A stretch of 64,000 nt of DNA, taken from positions 192,001 to 256,000 of the forward strand of contig JAHHIM010000036.1 of assembly GCA_019358915.1 (NCBI GenBank), read 5' to 3'. This document shows positions 51,801 to 62,269 of this stretch, in pieces. A model generated the notes under the pieces. The model was not told the origin of the DNA, made no database searches, and saw only the letters and a list, made by a program, of their open reading frames with translations. A program made the translations under genes and the position numbers. The first letter of the stretch is position 1. Every line of letters begins with the position of its first letter. This stretch comes from Trichormus sp. ATA11-4-KO1. GTDB taxonomy: Bacteria; Cyanobacteriota; Cyanobacteriia; Cyanobacteriales; Nostocaceae.

Positions 51801-52709
51801 TCACTCGATTAGTGCGTATTCACGACTGGACTCGACTAGTGGTTCTTGTCCCCGTAGTACAGAATTATCATTGAACATCTGTCGCTGATCTATGGGTAGG
51901 GGATTGAGCCAGTCGGACTCTTGGATTTGACCACTTTGGCTGTAAGCTGTTAGCGCATTTTGATAACAGACTGCTTTCACATGCGCTGTGGAAATGCCCC
52001 GTTCTAGCATTAATTGAGCAGTTTTGGGTACAGCCAGGGGATCACTGACACCCCAATCAGCACTACTATCTACGATGATGCGATCGCTCCCATAATGACG
52101 GACAATTTCTACCATGCGAGCATTCCCCATTTTTGTTTGTGGGTAAATTGTGAATGCTGCCCAAAAGCCGCGCTCTAAAACTTCTGCAACGGTCTCTTCG
52201 TTGTTATGATCCACAATTACCCGCGATGGATCTAACCCATGCTCAATACAAACATCCATACTGCGACTTGTACCTGCTTTTTTGTCGCGATGGGGTGTAT
52301 GAATCATTACTAACATATTTAATTCTTTGGCTAGTTCTAGCTGGAGACGAAAGTATTTATCTTCGGCTGGAGTCATATCGTCGTAGCCAATTTCACCGAT
52401 CGCCACTACACCCTCTTTACAAGCATACAGAGGTAACAGTTCCATTACTTGTGCTGCTAAGGCTTCGTTATTGGCTTCTTTGGAATTTAATCCTATTGTG
52501 CAGTAGTGCTTGATACCAAATTGAGAGGCGCGGAATCTTTCCCAACCGACTAGGCTACTGAAATAATCTTGGAAGGAGCCAATGTTTGTGCGGGGTTGAC
52601 CTAACCAGAAGGCTGGCTCAATTACTGCGACAATACCTGACTCGCGCATCATTTGATAATCATCGGTTGTGCGCGAACTCATATGAATGTGGGGATCTAT
52701 AAATATCAT
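51801..52709 (-). CDS. eboB: TatD-family hydrolase EboB
   Basis: IDPHIHMSSRTTDDY, EPAFWLGQPR, GEIGYD, HTPH, DSSADWG. Confidence 0.9.
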   Translation of the reverse strand: MIFIDPHIHMSSRTTDDYQMMRESGIVAVIEPAFWLGQPRTNIGSFQDYFSSLVGWERFRASQFGIKHYCTIGLNSKEANNEALAAQVMELLPLYACKEGVVAIGEIGYDDMTPAEDKYFRLQLELAKELNMLVMIHTPHRDKKAGTSRSMDVCIEHGLDPSRVIVDHNNEETVAEVLERGFWAAFTIYPQTKMGNARMVEIVRHYGSDRIIVDSSADWGVSDPLAVPKTAQLMLERGISTAHVKAVCYQNALTAYSQSGQIQESDWLNPLPIDQRQMFNDNSVLRGQEPLVESSREYALIE

Positions 52710-52772
52710 AATTCTTAGTGTTAATACTTGGTAAAGCAAATGTGCAGTTATATTTGTTACTAAATTCTTAAG

Positions 52773-53528
52773 TTACAACAAAACACTTTGTGTTTCAGCC
52801 CTTGGCAAATCTGCGAAAGTGTCAGCATCGGCAAAATCCTCTACTAATGGCCAAAGTTCTTCTGGTACGGAGCGGTGAGCGCTATGGCGTTCGTGGGCAT
52901 AGTCTATTAGCATCCTTCCTAGCTCACGGTTAGCACGAACATCAAGACCCTGAATTAAATGTAGAGGACTGCCGACAAACAAAGCTTTCAGTACCATTTG
53001 ATTCCATGCCAGTGTGTTAAAATACTGGGCTGGGTAGGGATTTTGTAAGGCGATCGCATTGAATACAGCGATCATGTTACTGCGAACTCCCTCGGCAGCA
53101 CGTTTTTGCAGTTGTTCTGGGTAAGGTAGCAAAGGTAAAGCTTGATACAGCGCTACTAATTCTCCTACGTCGGCATTTGTGAATACTTGCTCGAGTGTGT
53201 GTAAATATTTTTCTACATTGTCATGTGGCAGAGCTAGTACTAGTAGTGTACGTGCAGCTTGATCCACGCGCCAATGACCGGGAAACCAACCTATTCTCAT
53301 AATTGAGGCGGCTTTTAAGTCTTTGAGGTTTAGCTCTAGCTGTTGTTTGCCTATATAACGCGGCACTGCACTGAAGGCAGTGAAAAACTCTCGATTGCTG
53401 GCATTGCTCTTAATTTGCTCCCTTTTTTCATCTAGCCAAGTCAGAGCTGCTTGATTCACTGCTTGTGAAATCCAGTGGTGTAATAAGCTAGTGATACTGG
53501 TTTGCTTCAAATAAATTACAGCAGACAT
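52773..53528 (-). CDS. eboA: EboA domain protein
   Basis: DQAARTLL, EGVRSNM..VF.AIA..NPYP...WNQMVLKALF...YAHER..A.R. Confidence 0.88.
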   Translation of the reverse strand: MSAVIYLKQTSITSLLHHWISQAVNQAALTWLDEKREQIKSNASNREFFTAFSAVPRYIGKQQLELNLKDLKAASIMRIGWFPGHWRVDQAARTLLVLALPHDNVEKYLHTLEQVFTNADVGELVALYQALPLLPYPEQLQKRAAEGVRSNMIAVFNAIALQNPYPAQYFNTLAWNQMVLKALFVGSPLHLIQGLDVRANRELGRMLIDYAHERHSAHRSVPEELWPLVEDFADADTFADLPRAETQSVLL

Positions 53529-53803
53529 AATTATGGTTGCAATATAAGGAAGAAGTTAGGAGGAAGAAGGAAGAAGGAATAACTAACAAAAACTTTAGTT
53601 GTGGTTTTAAAGCCCACTTTAAAAAAGATGTTTTTTGAGAGGCGCAGCGCAAAAAAACGGCGGCGGAGTTTCAATCCCACTTTTTAAAATGTGGGTCTCT
53701 TCTTCCCTCTTCCCTCTTCCTTCGTGAAACCCGCATTACCCCCTGGGAAAATCTTGTGTGTACACTGTAGCTTTCTCAGGGGAGGGTTTGGGTGGAGTAA
53801 AAC

Positions 53804-55000
53804 TTACACAGAAGTAATTTCCAATTCCTTCTCTAAACTGATGAGTGTCTTTTTCTGCTTATGTTTCCGTAGTTTAGTAGCAGTAAATCCAAGTCCTAGT
53901 AATCCTAGACCTAGTATTGAAGTAGGCTCGGGTACTTTAGCTGCCCGTTCTACTGTTAAGACTTGAATCCGACCTTGGAAGAAATCACCTACATATACTT
54001 TGCCATCATTGTAATGTAGTCCAGCTGTCCAGTTAAACTTACCTGGTTCGAGGTCGATGGGGGTGCCATAGGGAGTAGTTCCACCTAGGGCTACAGGTGT
54101 AGGCGGTGGTACAATTTCACCAGATGAATTCCGGGTTGGTTCGCCAAAAGTAGTCAGGAAATTACCTTCTTTATCAAAGACTTGAACACGACTATTTTGC
54201 GAGTCTGCTACATAAATATTCTCGTATTCGTCCACATCAATGCCGATAGGTTCTTTAAACTGTCCAGGTTCAGAGCCAGTAGAGCCAAAGGCAAATAGAA
54301 AATCACCATTCGGGTCAAGAACTTGAACACGGCCGTTGTATTGGTCGTTAACATAAATTCTGCCAGTTGTATCGGAGATAATTAAGCCTCCTGGCCCCAA
54401 AAATTGACCGGGTTCACTGCCGGGACTGCCAATAGTTCTAATTTGTTCGCCTTCTGGGTTATATACTTTGATAATGTCGGCACTAAAGTCACTCACATAT
54501 AAATTACCAGTCGCATCAAAATCCATTCCTCCAGGGCCAAAAAATAATCTATCCTCTACAGGCCCGCTAAAAGAGGCATACGATGTCTTATAGTTACCCT
54601 CGGCATCGAAGACATTAATCCGACTGTTGAAAACATCACCCACATGCAAGTCACCTGTTATGGGGTTGAATCTGAGGTCTGCTGGCTCATCGAACTCTCC
54701 AGGCCCAGAGCCAGTGCTGCCAATACCCTTAATATAGTTGCCTTGGCTATCGAACACATCAACGCGGTCAATACCCCGACCATTACTAACGAAAATATTC
54801 TTGGTTGAGTCTTGTACTCCTATACCTTGGGGAACAGTAATTACTCCAGGAACACCAGGAAAATCACCATCGGTAAAGGTAGCAGGTCTACCAATACTAG
54901 TTTCGTATTTTAAAGTTAAAGCTTCGGCTGTACTTGCTATTGCTAATGTCATCAATCCAGCACCAGCAATTGCAATTGATAGTTTTTTTACTAATGCCAT
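53804..55000 (-). CDS. scyF: Scytonemin biosynthesis protein ScyF (NHL repeats, PEP-CTERM)
   Basis: Signal peptide, NHL repeats (GSTGSGPGEFDEP...), C-terminal VPEPTSILGL+TM+basic tail; ATG at 55000. Confidence 0.9.
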   Translation of the reverse strand: MALVKKLSIAIAGAGLMTLAIASTAEALTLKYETSIGRPATFTDGDFPGVPGVITVPQGIGVQDSTKNIFVSNGRGIDRVDVFDSQGNYIKGIGSTGSGPGEFDEPADLRFNPITGDLHVGDVFNSRINVFDAEGNYKTSYASFSGPVEDRLFFGPGGMDFDATGNLYVSDFSADIIKVYNPEGEQIRTIGSPGSEPGQFLGPGGLIISDTTGRIYVNDQYNGRVQVLDPNGDFLFAFGSTGSEPGQFKEPIGIDVDEYENIYVADSQNSRVQVFDKEGNFLTTFGEPTRNSSGEIVPPPTPVALGGTTPYGTPIDLEPGKFNWTAGLHYNDGKVYVGDFFQGRIQVLTVERAAKVPEPTSILGLGLLGLGFTATKLRKHKQKKTLISLEKELEITSV

Positions 55001-55024
55001 CTGAGTTAAGCTCCTAGGTTTGTG

Positions 55025-55079
55025 GGGGACAAGGGGATAGGGGGATAGGGGGACAAGGGGATAGGGGGACAAGAGGACA
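55025..55079. repeat. G-rich short tandem repeat (GGGGA(C/T)A(A/G) units)
   Basis: GGGGACAAGGGGATAGGGGGATAGGGGGACAAGGGGATAGGGGGACAAG. Confidence 0.8.
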
Positions 55080-55135
55080 AAAGGTGATTGCTAATATTAA
55101 GTTTTTTTCCCATCCCGATGCCCAATTCCCAATGA

Positions 55136-56425
55136 CTAATGACTAACGTCGGCTAATTTGCGTTTGTGCTTGAACATAGATGTGGTGCCGAATGCAGCTG
55201 CTGCTATTAGACCCAAAGTAGTAGTAGGTTCGGGGACTTGTGTGGGAGTTATGGGTTTTGTGGGAGTTATGGGATTGTATTGGAGGACTTGTCCAACACC
55301 TGGGCGATCGCCTTTGTTGGTAATATAGATAGTGCCGTCAGAGCCGACTTCTAGAGAAGTTGCAGATTCTAGTCCTTCACCAGCACTAATTAAAGTTGTA
55401 CGAGTCCCATCAGGGGCTACTTGGAATAAAGAAGCAGCGAAATCATTCTGCCATGCTGGTTGGTCGGCATATTGCAAAACTAACAAGTTGCCATTTTGAT
55501 CAAATTCCAAGTCCCCGATTTGTGTAAAGCCATCAGCGAAGACTGTTGGTATCCCATCATCCCCTACTCGATAAACACGTGACCCACCTTCTGGATAAGG
55601 AAAACCGGAAAAGTCGCTGACATATCGAGCGCCATCAGGCCCAATTGCTACACCTGTAGGTACTGGTTGTAAGGGAATTTCGTTGAGCGGTGCATCAGGA
55701 TCTACTCCTGGAGGTGGCTGCTGTCCTGGTGGAAGTTCTGGGAAAACAGCATTCTCAAATGGGCGACTAAAAAATGGTACTACATTAGTAATACCACTAC
55801 CATCTAGTGCCACACTCAATAAAGTATTCGCACCTGCATCAGCCACATAAGCTGTATCACCTTGAATCGCTAAAGCATAAGGGTTGGTGATGACATCACC
55901 TTGGTCGGGATTATTCAGGAGTTCAAACTGTGCTAAATCGGCAATACTAGTGAGCGCACCTGTGTTTAAGTCGATATTATAAAGTTGTCCGAAGGTGGAA
56001 TCATTAAAAACTGTGTCACGGTTGGTTGGGTTACCAGCGAAGCCATAAACCAGATAAGCATTACCTTGGGAATCAAACTTCAGGTCTTGCGGGCCAGCAC
56101 CTTCAATCCCACTACCTTGCAATGCTAAAGATGGTAGGTCTGTGAATATCCGCTCTTGTTGACCATCTTTAATTCTCGTAATCGCAGCAGTGTTACCAGA
56201 GCATAAAGAGGCAAATTGTACACTAGGTGATTGTACACATCCTCCGTCCCCTCCTATACCTGTTTCTGTGACATAGATGCTACCGTCAGGGCCAACACTA
56301 ACACCCCTAGCATTATCAAGACCGTCAGCAATTACAGAAAATGTGGCAGCTTCGGCTACTTTGGGTACAGAAACAGCAGCAATACAAAAGCTGACAAGTG
56401 TGATAGCAAATAACTTGAGTTTCAT
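55136..56425 (-). CDS. scyE: Scytonemin biosynthesis protein ScyE (ScyD/ScyE family, PEP-CTERM)
   Basis: Signal peptide, IADGLDNARG, QPVPTGVAIGPDG, GFPYPEG, VPEPTTTLGL; order after scyD; ATG at 56425. Confidence 0.87.
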   Translation of the reverse strand: MKLKLFAITLVSFCIAAVSVPKVAEAATFSVIADGLDNARGVSVGPDGSIYVTETGIGGDGGCVQSPSVQFASLCSGNTAAITRIKDGQQERIFTDLPSLALQGSGIEGAGPQDLKFDSQGNAYLVYGFAGNPTNRDTVFNDSTFGQLYNIDLNTGALTSIADLAQFELLNNPDQGDVITNPYALAIQGDTAYVADAGANTLLSVALDGSGITNVVPFFSRPFENAVFPELPPGQQPPPGVDPDAPLNEIPLQPVPTGVAIGPDGARYVSDFSGFPYPEGGSRVYRVGDDGIPTVFADGFTQIGDLEFDQNGNLLVLQYADQPAWQNDFAASLFQVAPDGTRTTLISAGEGLESATSLEVGSDGTIYITNKGDRPGVGQVLQYNPITPTKPITPTQVPEPTTTLGLIAAAAFGTTSMFKHKRKLADVSH

Positions 56426-56541
56426 ACTTTTGGAGATTAAGAGTTGATAATTTGGGGGAATTTTCCGGATTTCCAGACAAGAAATTACTTGTCCTAGAGG
56501 TAGTAGGGTAAACACTGAATATTGATCTGAGCGCTAGGACT

Positions 56542-57801
56542 TCATCTATGAAGGGGTTTGAGGCTGTTACTCTTGCGCCACCAAACAACGCCTAAAGCGC
56601 CGAAAGTCAATATACCTAATGCAGAATTAGGTTCAGGAACAGACTGGATATTTTCAATGCGGAGAATTTGTCCTTGTCCTGGGCGATCGCCTCGGTTAGC
56701 AATGTATACAGTACCATCAAGACCAATGGTTAAAGCAGTAGGTGATTCTAGTCCGTTACCACTGAGAATAGTTGTGCGAGTGCCATCGGGAGCTATTTTG
56801 ATTAAAGAACCATCTTGATTACCTTTCCACCCTGACTCATTGGCATACTGCAAAACATACAAATTGCCTGCATAGTCAAATTCCAAGTCCATTAGTTGGG
56901 TAAAACCCTCTGCATAGATTGTTGGGATTCCTTCATCACCAACACGATAAATTTTGGCTCCTGCTTCTGGAAAAGGAAAACCTGTATATTCACTTATATA
57001 GTAGGCTCCATCTAGTCCTTGAGCTACACCTGTTGGTACTGACTGAATGGTCAACTGTGATGGAGGTTTTTCAGTTTGAGTTGGGACTTGTTCAGGTTCA
57101 TTAGATGGGGTAAGGGAAGGCGGGAATACTGGATCAATCAATGTTTGCGTGGGAAGTACCGCGATCGCTTGCAAATCAGAGCCGTCAGTATTAACACGTA
57201 ATAAGCTGTTAGCAGCTGAATCAACAGTAACTAGTTGATTACCATCTATTAAAATTTTTAAGGGGTTGCTATTGAGATCATCGCCATCAGGATTGTTAAC
57301 AAGTTCATAGTTAGCGATATCTGCAATACTCGTCCACGAATTGGTAGCAAAGTCAGGAACGATAATTGTTCCTAGATCAGTTTCACCCAAGCGATCGCGA
57401 TAGGTGGGATTAGTTCCATAGCCCAGCAGCACGTAAGCCTGACCTGTAGCATCAAATTTAATATCACGGGGGCCAGCAGCTCTTTTGCCATCTGGTAATG
57501 CTAAGGAGGGTAATTCTGTCAATATAGGCTTGATTTCACCGTTTTCAATGACACTCACTACACCATTAGTGCCATAGCATAAGGAATCGCCTTCACCGCT
57601 TGGTGGTGGAACGCAAGCGCCACTTCCTCCTGTCCCACCTTCTGTAATATAAAGGTTACCGTCGGGGCTAAAGCTGAGACCACCTGGATTATTTAGACCG
57701 TCGGCAATTACTGTAAAGGATGCGGCTTCTGCTGCTTTCATTCCCGAAAAGACAGTAACATAAACACTAAGAAAGGTAATAGTGAGTTGCTTGATTTTCA
57801 T
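56542..57801 (-). CDS. scyD: Scytonemin biosynthesis protein ScyD (ScyD/ScyE family, PEP-CTERM)
   Basis: Paralog of the neighbouring gene (IADGLNNPGG, QSVPTGVAQG, GFPFPEA, VPEPNSALG); order after scyC. Confidence 0.87.
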   Translation of the reverse strand: MKIKQLTITFLSVYVTVFSGMKAAEAASFTVIADGLNNPGGLSFSPDGNLYITEGGTGGSGACVPPPSGEGDSLCYGTNGVVSVIENGEIKPILTELPSLALPDGKRAAGPRDIKFDATGQAYVLLGYGTNPTYRDRLGETDLGTIIVPDFATNSWTSIADIANYELVNNPDGDDLNSNPLKILIDGNQLVTVDSAANSLLRVNTDGSDLQAIAVLPTQTLIDPVFPPSLTPSNEPEQVPTQTEKPPSQLTIQSVPTGVAQGLDGAYYISEYTGFPFPEAGAKIYRVGDEGIPTIYAEGFTQLMDLEFDYAGNLYVLQYANESGWKGNQDGSLIKIAPDGTRTTILSGNGLESPTALTIGLDGTVYIANRGDRPGQGQILRIENIQSVPEPNSALGILTFGALGVVWWRKSNSLKPLHR

Positions 57802-58006
57802 CTGTTAGGGTATTTATCTAGTTTTATTACTGCTTTGCGTTGTCATGTTTTAAACGCAGAGGGGTGTTGAGGTTTATTAGTTTTAATTCCCTAGGAATTA
57901 ATAAGTTTAAAGAAGCTTTGTCTTGTAGAGTCGCGATTCATCGTGTGTGTAAATTAGGGAAGAATTAATTAACCACAGATAATTTTGTACCTGGAATCCA
58001 GATTTT

Positions 58007-58978
58007 TTAGTTACTGGTAACTAGTGAATTTTGGTTTTTTGGTACATAACTCATTCCCATGTCAAAGGATTTCATGTTTCCAACTTTGGCTTCTAACATC
58101 CGTTTAATGTTCATGCTTTCAGCCCCAAAGTCTTCAATTTGGAGTTTGCCGTGAGCAAGAAGTTGATGATTTTTCCAGAATGTAATTCGATGCAGGATGA
58201 ACCCAGAAGCTTCTGGATCACCGAAAGCATAGGCAGTGGGGATGAGTAGGGCTACAGAGCGCTGATAAAATCCGTAGTCTGGATAAAAGTATTCTTGTTC
58301 GAGCAAGTTGTATTTACTCAAAGCATGTAGTCGCAGAGATATTTTGATTTTTTGGTCATATTCGTCTTTGAATTCACCTGATTGGTGAGTAATTTCACCA
58401 TTCGGCCGCACCAAGTGTGACCACTCATCCATATTTTGCAGGTTTGACAAATACTTGACCCCAATTTCAATGGGAGCATCAACATAGATGGTATCGGTAT
58501 CGATAAAGTAGCGCCCTTTGGCTGCCGAAGTACGACCAACTTTGCGTTCCAAAATGGCTTTGAGAGAACGAGTTTCGGAAGTATGTACAGTGTGAATTCC
58601 CTGCATAATCATCGGAGTTTGCCGCTTGGGATCGACAAAGCTCAACCAGTGGAAATACACACCTTCTTCATCAGTTTCTGGCTCAATGTAGCTCGGAGGA
58701 AAAAGCAGCACAGGATAAACTTGAAAGTATTGATTATACTCAAATCCACAATGCCATTCGATGCCATAGAAAAGTGGATTTTCTAGCTTTTTAACGTGAT
58801 AGTAAAGATTTTTTTGATAACCAGAAGCAGTGCCCAGCCAGGTATCTGCGTCAATTTGCTTGATCATCCGACTAAAGAGCGTCCAATCATCCAAGTTTTT
58901 CAAACTGCAAAGATATTCAAAGGCGCTCCGTGGTGAAGTAGCAATATAAGTTGATGTCGCAAATGTATTTTTTTCCAT
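58007..58978 (-). CDS. scyC: Scytonemin biosynthesis cyclase/decarboxylase ScyC
   Basis: 323 aa, MEKNTFATSTYIATSP..AFEYLCSLKNLDDW N-terminus, position after scyB. Confidence 0.9.
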   Translation of the reverse strand: MEKNTFATSTYIATSPRSAFEYLCSLKNLDDWTLFSRMIKQIDADTWLGTASGYQKNLYYHVKKLENPLFYGIEWHCGFEYNQYFQVYPVLLFPPSYIEPETDEEGVYFHWLSFVDPKRQTPMIMQGIHTVHTSETRSLKAILERKVGRTSAAKGRYFIDTDTIYVDAPIEIGVKYLSNLQNMDEWSHLVRPNGEITHQSGEFKDEYDQKIKISLRLHALSKYNLLEQEYFYPDYGFYQRSVALLIPTAYAFGDPEASGFILHRITFWKNHQLLAHGKLQIEDFGAESMNIKRMLEAKVGNMKSFDMGMSYVPKNQNSLVTSN

Positions 58979-59006
58979 GATTTATTCCTAGATTAATAGT
59001 TAGTAA

Positions 59007-60068
59007 TTACGCAGCAACTTGCTGAGATGTATTTTGTTTAGCTTTCATAATGCGATTTTCTGCTAATTGTTTAGCTGCATCATTTGTAGTAATTTGCTGC
59101 TGTTTAGCAATGTAAAATATTGCTAGTAGCGTGTCATAAATGTTATGCACTTGCTGAAAAGCTTTTTCTTCGTCATAGCCAATCATTTCATTGTAAACAT
59201 TGATTAATCCTCCGGCATTAATTACATAATCAGGGCAATAAATAATGCCTTTTTGGTCTAGCATTTGGCTATGTATTTGCTCATCTCCTAATTGATTATT
59301 AGCAGCACCAGCAATAATTTCAGCTTTTAAAAGTGGAATTGTCTCACTATTGAGCATTCCTCCTAAAGCACAAGGAGCAAAGATATCGACATCAAGAGCA
59401 TAAATTTCATGTGGCTCCACAACAGTCGCGCCAAATAGCTGCTTTACCTCTGCCGTTTTTGCTGGATCTACATCGCTCACATACAGTTTGATATTATGCT
59501 CATGTAAGTGACGGCAAAGGTTTTTACCAACATTTCCTAGACCTTGGACTGCAACTTTTAATCCTGCAAGTCCTTTGGTTTGCCAACGAGATTCTACAGC
59601 AGCTTTAATGCCTAAAAATACTCCCAATGCTGTAATAGGAGCAGGCCCACCAGACTTTTCTGATACCCCTACTACATATTTAGTCTCTTGATTAATTGTG
59701 CGGACATCTTTTGGGGTAATATTAACATCTTGACCTGTAATAAAACGTCCATTGAGACTTTCAATAAAACGCCCATAAGCCCTTAAAAATTCATCAGTTT
59801 TGTTTTCCGGATTAGCAATAATAACTGCCTTGCCTCCACCAGCCGGAATATTAGCACAAGCAGCCTTATAAGTCATCCCCCGACTCAGACGCAATGCGTC
59901 TTTTAAAGCAGCTTCCTCACTGATATAAGGAAAAAGTCTTGTAGCCCCCATTGCTGGTCCCAAACTTGTATTATGGATAGCAATAATTGCCTGAATATCT
60001 GGGTTTTTGCCATGACAGAAAATCACCTGTTCATGACCCATTTCCCTAACAGTTTCAAATAACAACAT
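59007..60068 (-). CDS. scyB: Tryptophan dehydrogenase ScyB (Leu/Phe/Val dehydrogenase family)
   Basis: GPAMGATR, LSRGMTYK, GGGKAVI, QGLGNVG, PCALGG, GAANNQL, DYVINAGG. Confidence 0.93.
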   Translation of the reverse strand: MLLFETVREMGHEQVIFCHGKNPDIQAIIAIHNTSLGPAMGATRLFPYISEEAALKDALRLSRGMTYKAACANIPAGGGKAVIIANPENKTDEFLRAYGRFIESLNGRFITGQDVNITPKDVRTINQETKYVVGVSEKSGGPAPITALGVFLGIKAAVESRWQTKGLAGLKVAVQGLGNVGKNLCRHLHEHNIKLYVSDVDPAKTAEVKQLFGATVVEPHEIYALDVDIFAPCALGGMLNSETIPLLKAEIIAGAANNQLGDEQIHSQMLDQKGIIYCPDYVINAGGLINVYNEMIGYDEEKAFQQVHNIYDTLLAIFYIAKQQQITTNDAAKQLAENRIMKAKQNTSQQVAA

Positions 60069-60233
60069 TTTGGTTTCTCAAACTTAATTTTAGCGATGTA
60101 GAACCTAGCTTTCAGGGTAATATCCAAAACTAACGCAAAAACCCTTTTAAACCTCTTACCTTTGTGTCCTTTGCGGTTTCTTTTTTCATGCTCCTGAATA
60201 AGTCACAATCCTGATATAAATTCAACTCACACT

Positions 60234-62120
60234 TCAAACCGATGGGAAAGAAACCGTCTTAGTTGAAGCATTAACCTGATTTGATTTAACTCCTTGTGCT
60301 GCCAAACTCTTATTACGTCCACCAGAAGGTGCGGGTCGATCAGGGTCAATCACGACATCAATTAGAAAAGGATCATTTGCCGCGATCGCCTGTTCTAATG
60401 CTGCTTCTAAATCCGACTCGCGCACGACTCCCACCGCTTCTGCTCCCATACCACGAGCAATCATCGCAAAGTTAGTTTCGGGCATATCTGCATCTGCACC
60501 TTTTAATCCCAACATTTTCATCCCTTGATGACACATGTTGTAACGGGCATCATTAAGTACAATCCAGACAGCAGGTATCTTGTATTTCACGGCTGTGCTG
60601 ATTTCGTTGTTCATCAGCATTGCTCCGTCGCCAACAATGGCTACAGCCTTGCCTTTGCGGGCTTGTGCTGCACCCAAGACTCCTGTAGCTGTGTGACCCA
60701 TGGCTCCGACTCCGGTGCTGACTCGATAACGATTGGTTTGAGCAAATCGCAGTAAATGAGTTGACCAAGTAAACGAGTTACCGCACTCTGCCATGACTAC
60801 AGCATCGCTACCCTCAACAATAATTTTTTGAATTGCAGCCATCAAAACTTCAGGTCGCACTGGATAGTCTACATTTGCAGGTGGTGCAATAACTGTGCGT
60901 TCTGGATGAGGTAGGGGCAAATCTGTGTTAGCAGCAGGAACGTCTGGCCAATGCTGCAATAGTTCTTGCATGTAGGCTTTAATATCAGACTGAATCGGGA
61001 AGGTTTCAACGTCTGGATAAGCGACACCTGGCACTTCTGGATCAATGTCTACATGGATAAAGCCTCCTGAAGGAACCATCGCTGAACTCCAGAAGGAAGT
61101 AGGTTCACCAAGGCGGGTTCCTAGTACGAGTGTACGCAGTGGAGTGTGTTGTTCCATATAAGTCAAAACGGAAGCATGACCACCCAAACCTGTGACACCG
61201 ACAAACAGGGGATGATCTTCCGGGAAAATACCTTTACCACGGGGTGAACACATGACTGCGGCTCCCGTGTTCTCAGCGAATTGGCGAATCTCATCTGCGG
61301 CATCACGAGCGCCAAAACCAACCCAGATGGCAAAGTTTCCCGCAGATAATAACTCTATAGATTGGGCGATCGCTTCTTGTTGAGCAGTGACTAAAACACT
61401 AGGTACTTCTAGTTGAGGCAGGGATATACTATCAATTAAAGTTGTCTGTATACCTGTGGGAATGCTCAAATGAGCCACAAATCCGCCTGGTTGCGCTAAA
61501 GCCAGAGCTAGTTTGCGAAAAATTTGTGGAAGTTGCGCCCCAGATTCGATGGTAATTGCATAGTTGAACAGCGCGCCTTGGGTGAAGATTCCCCCGCTAG
61601 GTAAAGTGTAGGTGCTAGTTTCTTGAATTGCCCAGCGTCCGCGCTGTGGTGCTGAAGTACAAGCCGATAATAAAATTACCTTTGCACCTTCACCACGAGC
61701 CGCAAATAACCCAGTCAGAGCATTGGTAATACCTGGCCCAGCTGTGGTAAACACTACGGTAGGGCGATTATTAGCAAAATACGCTTCGGAAGCAGCAAAG
61801 GCAGCTCCGGCTTCATGGCGGAAGTTCAATACTTCTATGTTGCTATGGGAAAGCGCATTCCACAGACTAGCCATGGCACCACCAGCCACCCCAAAAGCAT
61901 AGTTGACTCCCAAACTTGCTAACATTTGGGCGATCGCCTCCACAACTGATAGCTTGGAGGATTCGTTGAGTAAAAAAGGTTGAATTTCCGTTTTCTGCTC
62001 TAATTTGTCCAACTGATGGGAACCGTTTGATGTCGATTCTACACAGTTGTTTGGTGGCAATTCCTTGTATATCTCAGTGGTGATTTGAGGGGAGTTTGCA
62101 TCAGTATAGTTTTGACTCAT
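60234..62120 (-). CDS. scyA: ThDP-dependent acyloin synthase ScyA
   Basis: FRHEAGAAFAA, TAGPG, GDGAMLMN...LNDARYNM ThDP motif; first gene of the scy cluster. Confidence 0.93.
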   Translation of the reverse strand: MSQNYTDANSPQITTEIYKELPPNNCVESTSNGSHQLDKLEQKTEIQPFLLNESSKLSVVEAIAQMLASLGVNYAFGVAGGAMASLWNALSHSNIEVLNFRHEAGAAFAASEAYFANNRPTVVFTTAGPGITNALTGLFAARGEGAKVILLSACTSAPQRGRWAIQETSTYTLPSGGIFTQGALFNYAITIESGAQLPQIFRKLALALAQPGGFVAHLSIPTGIQTTLIDSISLPQLEVPSVLVTAQQEAIAQSIELLSAGNFAIWVGFGARDAADEIRQFAENTGAAVMCSPRGKGIFPEDHPLFVGVTGLGGHASVLTYMEQHTPLRTLVLGTRLGEPTSFWSSAMVPSGGFIHVDIDPEVPGVAYPDVETFPIQSDIKAYMQELLQHWPDVPAANTDLPLPHPERTVIAPPANVDYPVRPEVLMAAIQKIIVEGSDAVVMAECGNSFTWSTHLLRFAQTNRYRVSTGVGAMGHTATGVLGAAQARKGKAVAIVGDGAMLMNNEISTAVKYKIPAVWIVLNDARYNMCHQGMKMLGLKGADADMPETNFAMIARGMGAEAVGVVRESDLEAALEQAIAANDPFLIDVVIDPDRPAPSGGRNKSLAAQGVKSNQVNASTKTVSFPSV

Positions 62121-62269
62121 TGATTTTACGTAATTCCAGAAACTTGTATAAAGGCTCCTTGATGCACAATCACATTGCTGGGAATATCTAATACAAACGT
62201 CTCTGTTTTTTACAGTTATGACCGGATTTGATCAATAGTAAAGACGGTTGACTACTGCTAATTGATGCT

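Noticed and set aside
53668..53680. GTTTCAATCCC, resembling the start of a cyanobacterial CRISPR repeat
   Set aside because: Single occurrence with no repeat-spacer periodicity
55001..55072. N-terminal extension MSPYPLVPLSPYPLVP on ScyF
   Set aside because: Translation of an intergenic G-rich tandem repeat; the signal peptide starts at ATG 55000
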